NCBI GenBank assembly: GCA_951406725.2
Contig: OX597826.1
Coordinates: forward strand, 57,350,001 to 57,414,000
DNA: 64,000 bases
Direction of reading: 5' to 3'
Origin: Octopus vulgaris
Lineage: Eukaryota
The stretch's first letter is position 1, and the number at the start of each line of letters is the position of its first letter. The position numbers and the translations under genes are program-made. Under the pieces are notes generated by a model. It had not been told where the DNA came from and ran no database searches. It saw only the letters and a list, made by a program, of their open reading frames with translations. Of this stretch, positions 27,343 to 40,316 are shown piece by piece.

Positions 27343-27737
27343 TAACTCTTTTACTTGTTTCAGTCATTTGACTGCGGCCATGCTGGAGCACCGCCTTTAG
27401 TCGAGCAAATCAACCCTGGGACTTATTCTTTGGAAGCCCAGTACTTATTCTATCGGTCTCTTTTGCCGAACCGCTAAGTTACAGGGACGTAAACACACCA
27501 GCATCGGTTGTCAAGCAATGCTAGGGGGACAAACACAGACACACAAACACACACACATATATATACATATATACGACAGGCTTCTTTTCAGTTTCCGTCT
27601 ACCAAATCCACTCAGAGGGCATTGGTCGGCCCGGGGCTATAGCAGAAGACACATGCCCAAGATGCCACGCAGTGGGACTGAACCCGGAACCATGTGGTTG
27701 GTTAGCAAGCTACTTACCACACAGCCACTCCTGCGCC
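27343..27737 (-). mobile_element. tRNA-derived SINE, family A, young copy
   Basis: Reverse complement of 7102-7520 with head GGCGCAGGAGTGGCTGTGTGGTAAG; CpGs largely retained. Confidence 0.9.
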
Positions 27738-27929
27738 TATCTATCTTGCGTCAACAATTTACTGCTGTTTTACACCTTTCCAAACATCTTTTGCAACACT
27801 ATTATAAACTCATTGAGGCTGAAAGATGGTGGCAGCCAAGGGTGGACTTGTGCATGGTTTGTTATTCCTTAGTACATGTACTGCATTTTCTGTTGATGCT
27901 CTCATTCATTAATTACAAGCCACCTTCAT

Positions 27930-28115
27930 CAACGAAACCTATAATCAAATGTATTCCATCCATGACCATCCTGTCTTTTTTTTTGTATACAATGTCCAAT
28001 GTGTCCTTCCATTTTGTTTTTGCTTATTTTTTCTAAGAAGAGTGATAGGTGGCATTTTGAAAGAGATGTGGCTGGTAATTCTAGCAGGTTATGCACCCAT
28101 TTAGAGGCTACATCA
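27930..28115 (-). mobile_element. Dispersed repeat family X copy
   Basis: CCTATAATCAAATGTATTCCATCCATGACCATCCTGTC...GAGATGTGGCTGGTAATTCTAGCAGG. Confidence 0.6.
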
Positions 28116-28519
28116 CTGGCTCATTCTGGGGAAAGGTCGCATGGCTTCAGTAGCTGAAAGTTGTTTAAACCATGACAATTGCCACCTGCTTCCAATTTGA
28201 TTCTGAACCTGTGAGTAGTCTTTCCACTGACATGACATCTAAAATTGTGAAACTGGTCCCCTTGCAGCTGGGTGTAAGTTGCTTTCTTATCAGATAGTAA
28301 GGGACATAGCTCTCTATCAAGAAAAATACAAAAATAACCCTGCTGGATATGTTAGTCATTTTACTAAGTGGATTAGTGCTGCAGGGGAGAAAAAACTTTG
28401 GCTACTCTTGATAACCAACTGCAGTTGGAGATTTATTATCTTTCTCTGAATTAAACCACAATACTACTACTGTCACAATTGCCACCAGCACCACCAGTTG
28501 CCATATTAGTACCTGCAAA

Positions 28520-28715
28520 GTCTCTATCTGGTTATTCAATCTGCTAGAAATAGCAGTCAAATTTCTGTTAGACCACACCTAACAATCTTAAAAAAGGGAA
28601 GAACCCATTTGATAACAGTCTTACATACCCATAAAAGACAGGATAGTCAACATTTGAATGTCCCTGATTATAAAACTGCTTGATTAGGACTTACCTGGTA
28701 CTAAACAAGAACAGC
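28520..28715 (+). mobile_element. Dispersed repeat family X copy
   Basis: CTGCTAGAAATAGCAGTCAAAT...AAGACAGGATAGTCA...CTGGTACTAAACAAGAAC. Confidence 0.6.
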
Positions 28716-30183
28716 ATAGTCACTAAAACTGCCAGGATATCTAGTACCTTAATAGCACACCACCACCAACACCATCACCACACTATTATTACCAACAGAT
28801 GTGTTGGATTGTTACAGTGTTGACTAAAATGCCTTGTGCATTTATTCCATCTCTTATGTTATGAGTTCAAATCCTGTTGAGGTAGAATTTACCTTTCATC
28901 CTGAGTGAATGAAACAAAAAGAAAAAAAAAACAGTAATGTTCTGAGGATTGATTGTTTCTACTAAACCTCACCCCCACCCACCAATTATTTGTCACTTGT
29001 TGCCAACATCACTTCTATTATAATTAGCGCACTGTCTCCGATCAAGCTTTGATTCACAGTTATAGATATTCTACACCTACTGACAATGTGAAAATATCCT
29101 TCAGAAATGCATGGAAGTCACATTCTCATTTTGCCTCCCTGATGAATCTGAGGTCTTACACCTGTATAAATACAGAATCGATATTAGATAGAATAAACTT
29201 CAAGGTGAAGACTCTTGTCAGAATTTCATAGATTTTTTTTGGTCTTTTCTGCCAAAGTTAATTTAATTAGTTTTTAATCTTAATTTAGATTTTCCGTTTC
29301 CTTTTTATTTTTCTCTTTGAACTCTACTAATTATACAATATCATGATATTATTAATTAATGTATTAAAAACAAATGTATATATTATATATTTTCCAATGG
29401 AAATAGTTCTGACAGCAGCAAAATATAATGTTTTCACAATAAAGCAATACATATTTATATAAATACACACAAAATGGGGTTCCTTTTAGTTTTGAAGACA
29501 CTGGTAGAAAACTAAACAATATCTTTTTATCCCCAGCTAATATTTTTTTATTTCCTTTTCTTTTCTTTTTTTCAGAAGATATCATTAATTTCCCGTTATG
29601 TGAATTATTCTGTTAAACCACTCAGCAAGATTATTCCATAAATTCCTCCTCACACAGCTGGGCTAAATCAGGACTTAATGGAGCATCTAATTCCTGGACT
29701 TGCTCTTCTTTTGGTATAATCCAAGAAAATCCTACTCTTCATTTTTAAATTGCAATATATAACATGCGATGAGAAAGCTAAGATTTTCACTGAAAGCCAA
29801 ACAACTATTTTGTGTCTTTAAAAAAGAAAAAAAATAATAATAACAACATGCATCATTCCAGTTATGACCTTTCCAAGAATTGGACATGTATTTCTTTTAT
29901 AGACACAAACTGTACAACAAGAAAGAAAGAAAATAACAAGAAATCCCTAAAGAGTCCCAAAAAACAAAAACAAAAAAAAGGGAGAAGAAAAATGCTAGCA
30001 GATATCTTAATCAATAAAGCTATATAACAAAGACAAGGAGGAGGTGTTGTAGAACCTCAGTCATTCTCATCCAACACCATAATACTGTTTGGTTATATCA
30101 AACAGTGAGTACACTACTATAAAAAGAAAATAAAGAAGAATCACACATATGCTGATTATTATGATGATCTCACAAACTTACAC

Positions 30184-30226
<43 letters not shown>

Positions 30227-31027
30227 ACGTACGTACACAATCAAATCAATACAGAATACGAAATGCCAAAGATTAATGCAGTCTTTATCAACTGGGGACA
30301 ATTAAACATTGTCAGAGGTCGTCTACAGCAAAGCTCAGCACTTGTTTGATATAATCAATAATAAATCAGAGTATTGGTAAAATAATACAGAACACATTAA
30401 AAATCAGTTATCTGGTCGGCTAGCTAATATGGTGCATCAAGCTGAACAGAGACAGGATGTCTTTGCATCAATGCTGCTGTTACTGGAGATGAGTGCCACT
30501 GATGGAAAGAGAGGCCACACAAGGAATAATGGATTCTACACAGAGATCAACTGAAAGCAAACGCAGAGAGAAAAGTGCGTGCATGTGAGTGCATATGCTG
30601 CAGTAAAATGAGCGGAAAAATCTCTTAGCATTGATAACCAGTGTGCCCAGCTGATGTATATATGCAAGACTCCTTATGTGGACGATGCTGTTAATGATTG
30701 CGTATTGTGTGCATATGTGCATAAAGCAGCATGCATTTGTTGATAACCAGCAAGTAGGTTGGTGTATTTATTTTGCTATTGATAGCTTTTCAAGTGTGTG
30801 TTAGTGTGCATGTGCACGTATGTATGTGCAAATGAAAAATGCACAGATGAGTTAGGGCGTACATTTGTCTTGCTTATTTTGGCAGCAGATATGTGTAAGT
30901 ACATGTAGCAGTAAGACACGGAATAGAGAAAATGAAGGAGCAGAGGACAAATTATTATGCGGATGTATTTGTGCACTTGCATATGCATATATATATATAC
31001 ATATATATATATCTATATATCTATCTA

Positions 31028-31065
<38 letters not shown>

Positions 31066-31067
31066 TA

Positions 31068-31101
<34 letters not shown>

Positions 31102-31300
31102 TATATATCATCATCACCGTTTAACGTCTGCCTTCCATTCTAGCATGGGTGGGACATATATTTACACATACACACACACACACATACACATACATTTATA
31201 CACATACACATATATACATACATACATATATATATATATGCATACATATACATATTTGCATGTGTGTATATATGTATTTAGACATATGTATTTATATATA

Positions 31301-31360
<60 letters not shown>

Positions 31361-32729
31361 TACGGGTGTATTCATATATGTGTGCATGGGTATACTTGTG
31401 TGTATACACACACTCATATGCGTGCAATGTAAATATACACACACACACACACACATGCATACATGTAATATGTATTTATATGTATCCATTCAAACACACA
31501 CTCTTCTGAATATTTATACACCCATGCAAACACACATATGCACACATGCATGTGTGTGTGTGTAAAATGTATATTTATATGAAAAGAAAATATGTGTGGG
31601 GCAGAGAGAAGGAGAGGAAAGGAAGGATATTTAGCACACACTAATACCCAAGAGATATTTGTATGAGAAATGAGTGTGAAAGATTCAGATACACTTAGGG
31701 GGATACAACAGCCCTAACCTGCCACAACTATGAATCCAAAAGGTTAGCCATCATAGATGGCAGCACAGCTGTAAGTAACAAGTAGCTAGCATACATTAAT
31801 GCATATGCATTAACAATGCATTATCTAGAAGAACACCAACGTCCAGCCTAGCTATGACAAACAGCTCTCCGATGTGCAGATATCAATACATATCGTGTAC
31901 AGTGAGCCTTCGTCAGAAGCAAACATAACAGATGACAAGATGTCACACATATTTCATCCAAGGAAGATGTCAAAAAGGTATTTTTACCTTTTTTTGCTTC
32001 TTTCTTCCTTTTTTTCTTTCAGAAAATATGAACATTAACTCTTTGTCACCATATCCCAAATCAATATAAGTTAACAGGTTCACACCTAAATGTATTTTCT
32101 TTCCCCTTTTTTTATCATCTCTATCATTTGTATACATATGTATTTTAGCATGCATGCATGTATGTGTGTATGTGTCTGTATTTGCATGCATGTATGTATG
32201 TGTGTATGTATGTGTCTGTATTTGTATGTATGTATGTGCTTTCATGTGCAGAAATGGAGCTTAGTCAGATGTTTTATAAATGAAAAAGAATTGACATGCT
32301 TAGAATTTACTAACATCTATTGGTCTCCAAATGGATTACAGGAGATTTTTTTCTCTGGCAAAAAAAGGAGGGAAAAAGTTGCATTTACTGAAGATATTTT
32401 ATGTAAAGATAGTAAAAATGAATAAATATTAATAATAAAAAAAATATGAAATAAAATAATAGATGTTTTTCTTTTGCATGTAATGCATAGTGTAAGAGTT
32501 TATGCAAGATGTATCTAGAGTCAAGCCTACAAGCCCAGCACATCATTGCTGTGATATGTTGATAGAATGAACACTATCATGCTATTTGTACATTTGAAAT
32601 ACACTTCAGAGATACTATCAGGAAATAAAATGGTGCTTTGTAACCATTATATGAACAAAATCTCTCTCTCTGAGCACATGTGAGTGCAGACATATATAAG
32701 TATGTATATGGATATATATATATATATAT

Positions 32730-32919
32730 TTCTCTCCTTATTCCTTTTCTGTGTATCTTTCTGTCGAAGAGCGTAGGCTCGAAACGTAAAAGACTTGTTT
32801 TATTTCTATTCCTGAGCGCCATACTAATACATTATTTGTTTGTACTCCACTTGCCTTTGTCTTTTGTTTATTTTCGCAAACCTGCCTTCGTCTTTTATTT
32901 ATTTTCGTAAACCTTCCGT

Positions 32920-32920
<1 letters not shown>
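32730..32920 (+). mobile_element. Short hammerhead-bearing element (Penelope-like terminal repeat / retrozyme-like) in a (TA)n tract
   Basis: Flanked by (TA)n on both sides, CpG-rich, and shares the ribozyme-like motif and the downstream TTCCTGAGCG...TAATAC...TTTGTT with 42020-42224. Confidence 0.65.
32756..32793 (+). ncRNA. Minimal type-I hammerhead ribozyme-like motif
   Basis: Stem I TCTTT/AAAGA; core CTGTCGA (canonical CUGANGA, A6>U); extra A; stem II GAGC-GTAG-GCTC; GAAA; palindromic ACGT stem III; putative cleavage after GUA (32788). Confidence 0.6.
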
Positions 32921-32950
<30 letters not shown>

Positions 32951-33085
32951 TATGTATATACATAAATGTGTGTGTGTATGTATATACAAACACATATACA
33001 TGTATGTATTTATATGATGTAAAACAGAATCCAAGGAGACAGGTGGTGATCTGCATCAGCTAGACTTATATTATTTATAAGTGCA

Positions 33086-33150
33086 CATCATCATTTTACA
33101 TCCGCTTTCCATGCTGGCATGGGTTGGAGAGTTTGACAAGATCTAGTGGG
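33086..33150 (-). mobile_element. RTE-type 3' tail
   Basis: CATCATCATTTTACATCCGCTTTCCATGCTGGCATGGGTTGGA. Confidence 0.7.
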
Positions 33151-33164
33151 TCAGAGGAGTGCAT

Positions 33165-34070
33165 TTTGCTAATCAGGTCACTGAAGTAAGAAAAGCAATC
33201 AACTATTTCTCAAGAGTCATCTGGATGTTTGAGGGCATCTATTTCCTGAGTGTCCTTATTACTTATTGCTCAGGTGCACCTCCTGATAGTTTGCCTGTAA
33301 TACCACACCATTCCTAGGCGTTTACACTAGGCACACATAGAATTTTGACTAATGCCTTTCTTGCAAATAGAGTACAGTTATTTTCCTTAGGCAATAAGGG
33401 TTCTGTTTCCTGCCTACTTGGAGAAATTTTTGTTTTTGTTAAGTTTTATTTAAGGCTCTTCAGTTACAGGTTTTTACACCTATGTCTGGAATTTCTTATT
33501 TTATTCCTTTACAGATCCTGCAATATGACTGAGTTGTCAGCATACAGTAGTTCCTAGGGCAGCCAAGCTTGAATTCCTCTGATATGACTTAGAATACAAT
33601 AAAAAATAGAAGAGAGCTGAAAAAAGAGTTTTGATGTACTCCTACTTGTATGCTAAATTCATCACATAATTTATTGCTGACTTTCATGCCTCACTGACTG
33701 CTCTCTGGTGCATAACTAGTATGGCTATTCATCTACTCTTAGTATCCTTAACCCTTTTGATACCAACTCTGCTGAAATCGGCTCTGTAGTACAAATGTCT
33801 TTTCATTAGTTTTGAATTAAAATCTTCCACTAAACCTTAGTCACAATTTATGTTCCTAACACTAGCTTAGTAGTAACTAAATTATTTTACTAAAAACTTT
33901 GTTATATGTAAAATTAATTGGAAGAAACACAGAGCATCTCAAAATAAATACAGTAACAAAAGGGTTAATGACCACAAAATCAGGATTGGTGTGACAAGTG
34001 GTGTGTCTTGGATGCTTTTAAACCTGGTAAAGTTCACGCTTCTCCAGGTCTGACAAGAACAGATTTCTTT
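33165..34070 (-). pseudogene. Decayed RTE-clade LINE reverse transcriptase, interrupted by a MITE
   Basis: Manual translation gives DLEK...ILWSLRILRVDE...DEFSIQVGVHQNSFFSSLLFFIVF*VISEEFKLGCP*ELLYADN...ICKKGISQNS...EIVDCFSYFSDLI, colinear with the RT at 58749-59841. Not captured by the ORF track. Confidence 0.85.
33752..33964. mobile_element. piggyBac-type MITE (213 bp) with TTAA target-site duplication
   Basis: TTAA (33748-33751) + CCCTTTTGATAC ... GTAACAAAAGGG + TTAA (33965-33968); terminal inverted repeats match at 11 of 12. Confidence 0.85.
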
Positions 34071-34657
34071 TAGAAAGGGAGAGACAGACTGACAGACCGA
34101 CAGACAGAAATAAATAAATAAATAAATAAATAAAGAAAGAAAGAAAGAAAGAAAGAAACGAACAAACAAGCAAACAAAAGAAAAAGAGAATGAGAACAAT
34201 CAGCTTCAGTACAGAACAAGTACTTTATTTATTAACCCTAAAAAGATGAAAGTAAACTTGACTGTGGTGGTATTTAAACTCAGTGCTTAAAGAGTCTAAA
34301 TGAATACCACATGACAAACTTAGCAATGACTAATGATTCAACCAATTTACTGCCTTAGTTTATTACATGTAGCCAACAATCAAAAATAATAACCATCCAG
34401 ATACAATTATGATGAAGACATGCAGTGTCTACAAACTCTGCAGACTTCATAGATTGATAGGATTAACTAAGCTGATGATGCCTAATCTGCAATTTGATGT
34501 ATACAGAGGAAAATGTAAATGGGTAGGGAACCTAGGGTCTGGTGTGATTGCTTGCAGTAGAGAGAATTCTTCTAAAATTACCCCAGGGACCCAGAAGGTG
34601 TATTAAATCAAGTACCTAATGTTAGATCTACCATTTATTGGATAACTCTATCCAGCC

Positions 34658-35046
34658 TGTGGAGGCGCAATGGCTCAGTGGTTAGGGCAGTGGACTCGCG
34701 GTCATAGGATCACGGTTTCGATTCCCAGACCGGGCGTTGTGAGTGTTTATTGAGCGAAAACACCTAAAGCTCCACGAGGCTCCAGCAGGGGATGGTGGTG
34801 ATCCCTGCTGTACTCTTTCACCACAACTTTCTCTCACTCTTACTTCCTGTTTCTGTTGTACCTGTATTTCAAAAGGCCGGCCTTGTCACTCTCTGTGTCA
34901 TGCTGAATATCCCCGAGAACTACGTTAAGGGTACACGTGTCTGTGGAGTGCTCAGCCACTTACACGTTAATTTCATGAGCAGGCTGTTCCGTTGGTCGGA
35001 TCAACCGGAACCTTCGTCGTCGTAACCGACGGAGTGCTTCCATCCC
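34658..35046 (+). mobile_element. tRNA-derived SINE, family C, young copy with 10-bp TSD
   Basis: A box TGGCTCAGTGG, B-box-like GTTTCGATTCC; CTATCCAGCC duplicated at 34648-34657 and 35047-35056. Confidence 0.9.
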
Positions 35047-35375
35047 CTATCCAGCCCAATTGTTTGGTTCAATATTTATTTGACAAGCTTTGCTTTCTCT
35101 GTGAGTTGATGCTCTAAAGCATTATTCATTTAATCATTTCATTTCGACTACAATTATACGTGGTTTAATTTCATTTTTGAAATAATCTTATTGCTTCATC
35201 AAAAGACAATCATTTGCTGCAATTTTTTCTCCTTGTTTTGAGTGGATATCTTAAATACATACACCAATAAGAAGGGGAGTATATCTTTTCTCCATGAATT
35301 AACCACTGGAAAGTAAATATACCTCCTTACACAATTCAACTTTCTACTTGAAATATTTTCACATATGACTTCTGA

Positions 35376-35511
35376 AAGTGGTTGGCATTAGAAAGGGCAA
35401 CCAGCTATAAAAACCATACCAAAAACAGACAGTGGAGCTTGGTGCTGTTCTCGGGCTTGCCAGCTCCTGTCAAGCTGTCCAACCCATACTAGCATGGAAA
35501 ACGGACGTTAA

Positions 35512-35542
<31 letters not shown>

Positions 35543-35546
35543 CGAT
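35376..35546 (+). mobile_element. RTE-type retroposon 3' end with (GAT)n tail
   Basis: GTGGTTGGCATTAGAAAGGGC...CCAACCCATACTAGCATGGAAAACGGACGTTAAA followed by (TGA)n. Confidence 0.8.
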
Positions 35547-38500
35547 TTCCACACTGGTGAAATTAATGTGGTTGATGACCGATTTTAATATTTGTAAGTT
35601 AATGCTTACAAGTAACACATGGGTTGAAGAAAACATTTGAGAAGGTTGCAGGTCCGGGGATGAAAGACTAAAGTGAAACCCAACAAGAGGAAGAGAGACG
35701 TATGAGATGAATATAGATCTGGGTGGAGAAGATATGCAGCTAGCTACTTCAAAAGAGTACAGGTTGTTGTGGTAGCAATAGAAGAAACAAAAGGGGTAAC
35801 TAAGAGATAAGTGAACTGGTAGTTGTTGTGAGGTCTATGAAGTGTTATGAATAAGCCAGAAACATTCTTTCAAAAGAATCTTTTATTATATATTATTTAT
35901 AGTATTCCTATTTCTATCTGCTATAGTATGTTAGATAATACCTATAGTATTTCACTTTCTATAGTATTTATTCATACATTGTACTAATTTGCTCAATCAG
36001 CTTTTCAAGCCCTTCACAAACAAATACTGTCTGACCAATATAATGCTTGTTATAGCTATTGATGTTGGTTAATTCTAAGTCAGCCATGATCAAGCAGGCC
36101 TATGATCAATGATCTTCTAGTCAGGTTTAAGAGCAATTTTTAAAAAGACAGCAGGGTGTGATTTGTGAGAGATTTAGCAGCTATTTTTAGCAGATTCAGT
36201 GACCATGTTAAGGTTCCTTTATTGACTTAAATTTATTGATGATGGCATATACAAAACAATAACTGCAACAACTAAAGTAGAAATTTAATTCTCCCAAGAG
36301 ATAATGATCGTTATGTAATTTAAGAACAAATTAGTATCACTGTAATGATAAAATAAAAAAAAAACAACTAAATATAAAATCCTGAAAAACAACAATTTTC
36401 ACTGTTCTGAGAAGAGATTTTTCTGTGAAATTTCCATATTGATTTGCAGATCAAATGATCCTAGTGTGTGATATGCTATGGTGAGGGTGTGTCTATCAAA
36501 CATAATGATGAATGAACTGAATGATAGAAAACTCTGTTTCCATAAGTAACAAATAGCCATCTGACATGAATCAAGGTTATCACGGATCAGCAGCTCATCT
36601 TTTATATGGAGATAAAAATTATTTTTAGTACAAACAACATAGGAAGAAGAGGCTGAAATTGAGCCATTGCCAACTACAACATTGACAATGATGACAAGAA
36701 CCAAATATAAAAAGGGTTGGTGGGGTGGAAATAAGCAAATAATATGATATTCAAGGGCTTCCAATATATGAAGAATAAATTATTTATGGTGTACAAAGGA
36801 GATGAAACAATGCACATATGTAGTTTGTATTTGTTTCTCTATAATGAATGCTGTAAATAACTGTGTTGTAAAGAATTGTGGATAATATCTGGGCTTCATC
36901 CACAGTTAAAATACTTGAACATCAAGTGTATCAATCTTTGTATCAGAGAACCAACAGATACAATAGGTATTGTCCTTTTCTTCTGATTAAACTGTTTAAA
37001 AACAATAGAACTTGGATCTCAGTAGCCATCTCAGTAGCCATCTCAGTATATCTAGAAGTAGGAGCCACAAGATGGAAAGTTTCTTCACTATAACCAAGGA
37101 AAAAAAACTGTAGAAGTGAGGAGTCTTTGGTAAGCTTGCATATTAAGTTTAGATATGCATATAGGAGTCAATAAAATGTTTAGTCTCATTTAATCCAAGA
37201 ATACTATAGCAGACGTGAATTTAAAAGAGGCTTTGAGATTTCAAAATTTTTCCCTGATGCAATATTATCAATAAATCTGTCATTATCTTCAGTGCTGGAA
37301 CATTGTAATAATGGTCATCACTGATCAACGTGTTAGAATTTAACACAGTGGAACTTGGCACACAAGCAGAATAGAGGAAGTGATAACATTTACATTACAT
37401 ATTTTGTTTCAATCCCCAAATGATGAAGGGTTTTTCAAATATGACAATATAGAGCCAAGAGGTGCGAGGGGGAAAAAGGAAGAGTGGACTCATGAAGATA
37501 TTTGATATTATTTAGACCCAGGCCAGATTTATGCTCAGAGATATTCCAGTCATAACCAACCTGTCTTTTACTCAACTATAATATATATATAAAACCATAT
37601 TATCCAATGTATTCCTTCATTAAGACATTTGGTTTTAATTGGAGAGTTGGTTGACATCCTCATGACTCGTTAAGTTATTCATCTTACATAATTCTATCTG
37701 TTTTTTAACTTTTGTAATTTTATTTATCCAAAGGTAGAAGAATAGCAGTTGATTAAATGTCTCTCAGAGTGTGATTTTGTTCAATCTCATTTCCTAGTTC
37801 AAGTCATGCCTGTGTGAACCATGTTCTATCAAGAATAAATCACATCAGTACCAGTAATGTATGACGGGTGATTCATTCAATAACACCATATCTATACAAT
37901 TAAGTGGCTTTGAGTTAAATAAAGTAAGAAACCAACATTAGCATTTGTTATTTCAATGATCAACCTATAGCTTAGGCCTATTATGAGTGACAGGCATGGA
38001 TAGAATGTTGATGGTAGATGATATTGGGAAGTCATGAAATTCATTCCTTTCTAAAAGGCATTATCTACAGAGGTGAACTAAAACACATGTATAGATATAT
38101 CAGATAGTGTGTGTGTATGTGTGTGCTCACGTGCATGCATGAGTATGTCCACATATGCGCATACTTGTTAATTTATTTTCTTCTTTGACATCAGTTCATT
38201 GACATTGATAATCAGAACTGAGAAACTTACTTAAGGTTCTTACAATACAAAGTAAGTTGAAAACATTAAAGTGAAAGGGAAAATAAATTTTAACAGAATA
38301 AATGGGTAAGTAAGAAACAAAATTTTTAAAAAACCCACAAACAAACATGAATTAACTAAACAGAAAAGACTTTCTAGTATATCAATTAATCTCTTACTGC
38401 TAAGAATATTTTTACTTAAGAGAACACGTCATTGAACTTAACTTTGATGTACACTGGAAACCACCTTGCTCACAATAACTGCCAGCTAACTACATACATA

Positions 38501-39884
38501 ATACATTCTAATGTGTCAAGTGATACAGTTGATAATGTACTGCATTTTTGATTTAAAAATTTAAAAACTGAATAAAATATTAAGATGGTTAGATGACAAA
38601 TGCAATAGCTGATAACAATAGAAGACAGCAATTCTTAATGGTGATGCATCGAAAACTTAACTAATTTTTCGGAAGCTGCCAGGTGGTTAAGTAAGAGAGA
38701 GAGAGAGGAGAGGAGAGAGAAAGTGTGTGAGAGAGAGAGGGAGAGGAGAAGTGTGTGTGAGAGAGAGAGAGAGAGGAGAGAGAGAAAGTGAGGGAGAGTG
38801 AGTGTACTTAGCTCTTTGTCAACATTTCTCACTAGTACCCCCATAGACAGAAATACATTCCCATGGATTAAAGTAATGTTGCACAAATATGTGTATTTGT
38901 GCATGTGTATTTGTGTATGTAATAAATAATATAATACACATATAAAACACACACACACACACATACTGTATGCATGTAAGGAAATAGTGAGGGAGGAAGG
39001 GGTGAAATACTGGAATAACTGATATAAAAGTCTTTAATTAAGCTTCTTCAAAAATTTGCCTCCAGTGAATGAATTAGAACTTTTGAATATGTTTCTAAAT
39101 TAAAAGAATAATTATTCATATTTTCGTATATATACTGGGGTGGGTGATAAAGTGGATGAAGAAGGGGAAAGGGAGTGAAGGGGAAAAGAGGTTAAGGAAA
39201 TAAGAAAGGGGATGAGGAAGGCAAAGAAGGAGGGTAAAGGTAGGATGTGGAAAGAGGAAGGAAAATGGGGAATGAGAAAAGAGAAAGGAAATAACAGGAG
39301 GAGAAAAGCGGGGGGGGGGGGGAGAAAAGAAAGAAGGAATGAAGGGTAAAAGAATTTAAAAGTGTGTGAGTGGGGATGAGGAGGAGGAGGAAGAAAAAGG
39401 GAAGGCAATTGAGAGGCAAGGAGAGAGAGAGAGGTAGATGTGTGAGAAAGAGGAGAGGTAGATGAAAGTGGCGAAAAAATTTAAGAGAGTTTTAGTGTAT
39501 CAAGGAAAGGATAAAAATAAAACAAAAACGAATGAAACGATAATCCAGTGAATGAGAATAACAACAACAACAAGAATAACAACAACAACAACAACAATAG
39601 TAATTCGACTCAGAAAACAAAAGAGAAAACAAAAACAAAAACAAACGAAGAAACAACGAAAGAACAATGGGAAAAAGTGTAAGATGTTTAATAGTTAAGA
39701 GGAGAAAGGTGGTAAATGGAGATGGGGGGTGGGAAAGGGGTGAAAAATGTAACAAGAGACAGAAGTAGATGGTAATTGCTGAAGATTTATATGAAACAGA
39801 AGAAAAAGTCACCTGATTGCACTCGGCAGTTACCAACGCGATGACATAGTCAAAGAGTGAATGCGAACGAGAGGAACAACAACA

Positions 39885-39905
39885 ACAACAATAATAACAA
39901 TAGCA

Positions 39906-39966
<61 letters not shown>

Positions 39967-39976
39967 TGATGATGAT
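39885..39976. repeat. (AAC)/(AAT)n/(GAT)n compound microsatellite
   Basis: Read directly. Confidence 0.9.
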
Positions 39977-40268
39977 GTTCAGAAAAATTCCATCATTGGA
40001 AAGTTGTTTTGCAAAAAGAAAAAAAAAAAGGCATTTTATACAAATTTGACAATGGTTTTGGTGTCTAATTTGGAGATTTGAATCTTTCCTCACTTCCAAC
40101 ACACACACATACAGAGTCACATGCACACACACACACACACACACACAGAATCTCATATACACACACAAATCTAAGTAAATTAATACACACACTTCTTTTC
40201 CTGTAGATATTCAAAATGGTTATGTGCCACTACAAATATACAGAACACTGCACAATCATACACATCTC

Positions 40269-40316
<48 letters not shown>

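Noticed and set aside
27518-28036. 172-aa ORF similar to the ORF at 7079-7342
   Set aside because: Both are antisense translations of SINE family A copies.
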